Made by a program: the position numbers and the translations under genes
In this document: positions 62,061 to 64,000 of the stretch, one piece after another
Layout of the letters: each line of letters opens with the position of its first letter
Numbering within the stretch: position 1 is the first letter of the stretch
Source of the DNA: Squalus acanthias
Taxonomy: Eukaryota
Assembly (NCBI GenBank): GCA_030390025.1
Contig: JASTWF010000341.1
Span: 1 to 64,000, forward strand
Length of the DNA: 64,000 nt
Direction: 5' to 3'
The notes under the pieces: generated by a model
Databases searched by the model: none
Told to the model about the DNA's origin: nothing
The model's input: only the letters and a program-made list of their open reading frames with translations

Positions 62061-64000
62061 TGGGTGTTTAAACTGTCAGCAAATGGAGCGTTAGAAATTT
62101 TAGATGGTATCCAAGTGGAATATGTTACAACGTAGCACTGTTGAAAACAGTTACTTGTAGAGAGTTGGTGGATGGTGTAATTACAGGCTGGGTTTGTGAT
62201 CATGTTGCTAAACTATATTATTGTGCTAGGCACAATAGTCAATTTCACGGCTCGTTTTCATTATGTATTTTGATAATATGAATCAGTGAGAATTACAGTG
62301 ATGTAGCCTAGATCAGCTTTTTTGACACCAAATAAAAAATGATAAATACATCAGATGTAATGTATCCGATACTGAACAGCAAAAAAACAATTCCAACTAC
62401 ATCAAAGTTGATGCTCACATTTTTACAAGAATACCGTGCTCCAGCTTGCACCAATCCACGGTTTGCTCAGTTGGGTTTTAGGTTACTCCACAAGACCAGA
62501 CAACGAAACATAAAAGAGCTCCATATCCATAACAAAGTGTACATGATTGGACTCTTGACTACGAGACCCCTAGTTCAAACTCATATCTTGGTGACAGAGG
62601 ATGAGTTTCATCAGCTTGAGCCAAGTCACTTGACAGAATAAGAAAAATTATCTGCTCATGTGGATATGGAAAGAAAAATAGGACCAAACAAAAGACAGTA
62701 TATGGAACAAAATGTTTTTAACATTTTCAAACTGATATATGAAACTGTACCACAGTATTTTTTTTTGGAATTTAAAGTTAGGGAGGAGTAATTTTAGGAG
62801 AAAGTTCCAGAAAGAGACTGAAAGGATGGCCACCAATGGTACAAAAGAGAATGAGTAATCTGCCATTGCATGTGTGGAGCATGCGAGCAGGATTTAAAGC
62901 TGAAAGAGATCACAAAGTAGGGTGGAGGGAGATATTGCAATAGTTGAAACCATGTGGACCACTTTGCGTTAGTGGTGACCTGATATCTAACCCAGTCAAA
63001 CGCAAAAATATGTTCCCTTCCTCACGATAGTGCTGCTTACTCACTATATGGTATATAGTCCAAGATATATTTATAAAATACAGCAGCATTTGTCAGTAGT
63101 GGGGTAAGGCTTAGTTATAGGTTTTGAGGAGATCAGAAAATGTAACTGTTTTCACATTTTTGTGCTTCCTTGTATACTTGGATTGACCCTGGCCCTGGAT
63201 AGATGAGTAGTAGGTTTTAGTGTACAAAAGGTTGAAAGTTTGAAATCCACTGATACAAATAAAAGAATTACCCTCAGTTGAGCCTGAATTGTGCATCAAA
63301 AAAGTGAAAATATTGCAGGCCACTTAAAATGATATCTAATAACCTCAAATTCCTACTAAAGGACAAAATATTTCATGAATAAAACCATTTCTATTCACTG
63401 CAATATAAAATTCTGTTTATTAAATCCTCCAGTTAAAATTGAGACTTTTGGATGTTCTCATTTAAGGCCCAGTTTTCACTTTGATATCTCTGACCATTTC
63501 AGTTCAGGGTAGAATGCCCACAGCTATAAAGGTGAGTTTATACAAAGGCCTGACCTGGGTCATTTTGGGCACAGAAATATCTTTGGCTTCTTTTAATTAT
63601 CCTCCTGACACCTGTGCTGACTTTAAATTCTGAATTCAAATTTTGTATTCATACTTATTTCAAGGTCTCAGGTAAAACCAAAGAAAAGATGTAGCAAATT
63701 TTACTCTGAAATCTGATTGGAGTAAAAAAGTATGACAGGCTCAAAACTTTTATATATCTATACATCTTTCCACAATATATTTAAAATCTTACTTCTACAT
63801 GTAACTTCCTCTCTGTGCCACTTGATTTCCTGTTGTCACATTTTTCTCACATTTGTTGCACCTACTTTTTCCATTATAAATTCCAATGTCCACATTTATA
63901 ATGAAAAACACCTATGTAAACACATCATTGTGAATGTGCAATCTGGCCACCACATTCTCACTTTTGCAAAATGTTTTCTAGAAAATTTTTCATCAGTAAC

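Overview
Eukaryotic genomic DNA, most likely from a shark or other cartilaginous fish, judged from the mix of CR1 and L2 LINEs, DeuSINE-like SINEs, Penelope-type short repeats and GG(G/C)NNGA(A/T)TTT-ended Harbinger-type MITEs. I recognise no host protein-coding exon, so the window looks intronic or intergenic. Every long ORF derives from a transposable element. The main structure is a ~9-kb nested stack (22.6-31.6 kb). It contains a three-exon Harbinger-type Myb/SANT plus AT-hook pseudogene, a tRNA-headed single-ORF LINE, a CR1 inside another CR1, a MITE with a 3-bp TSD, and two near-exact insertions copied from neighbouring DNA. Elsewhere there are two young CR1 copies with uninterrupted RT frames, a near full-length L2, a heavily deleted Gypsy remnant and a 100-bp Penelope-type insertion with a hammerhead-like core and 11-bp TSD. 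There are also long ancient palindromes, homeobox-motif-rich candidate conserved non-coding blocks, and two candidate minus-strand microexons. All calls are by eye, with no database search. Family names are best matches from memory, and boundaries of degenerate elements are approximate.
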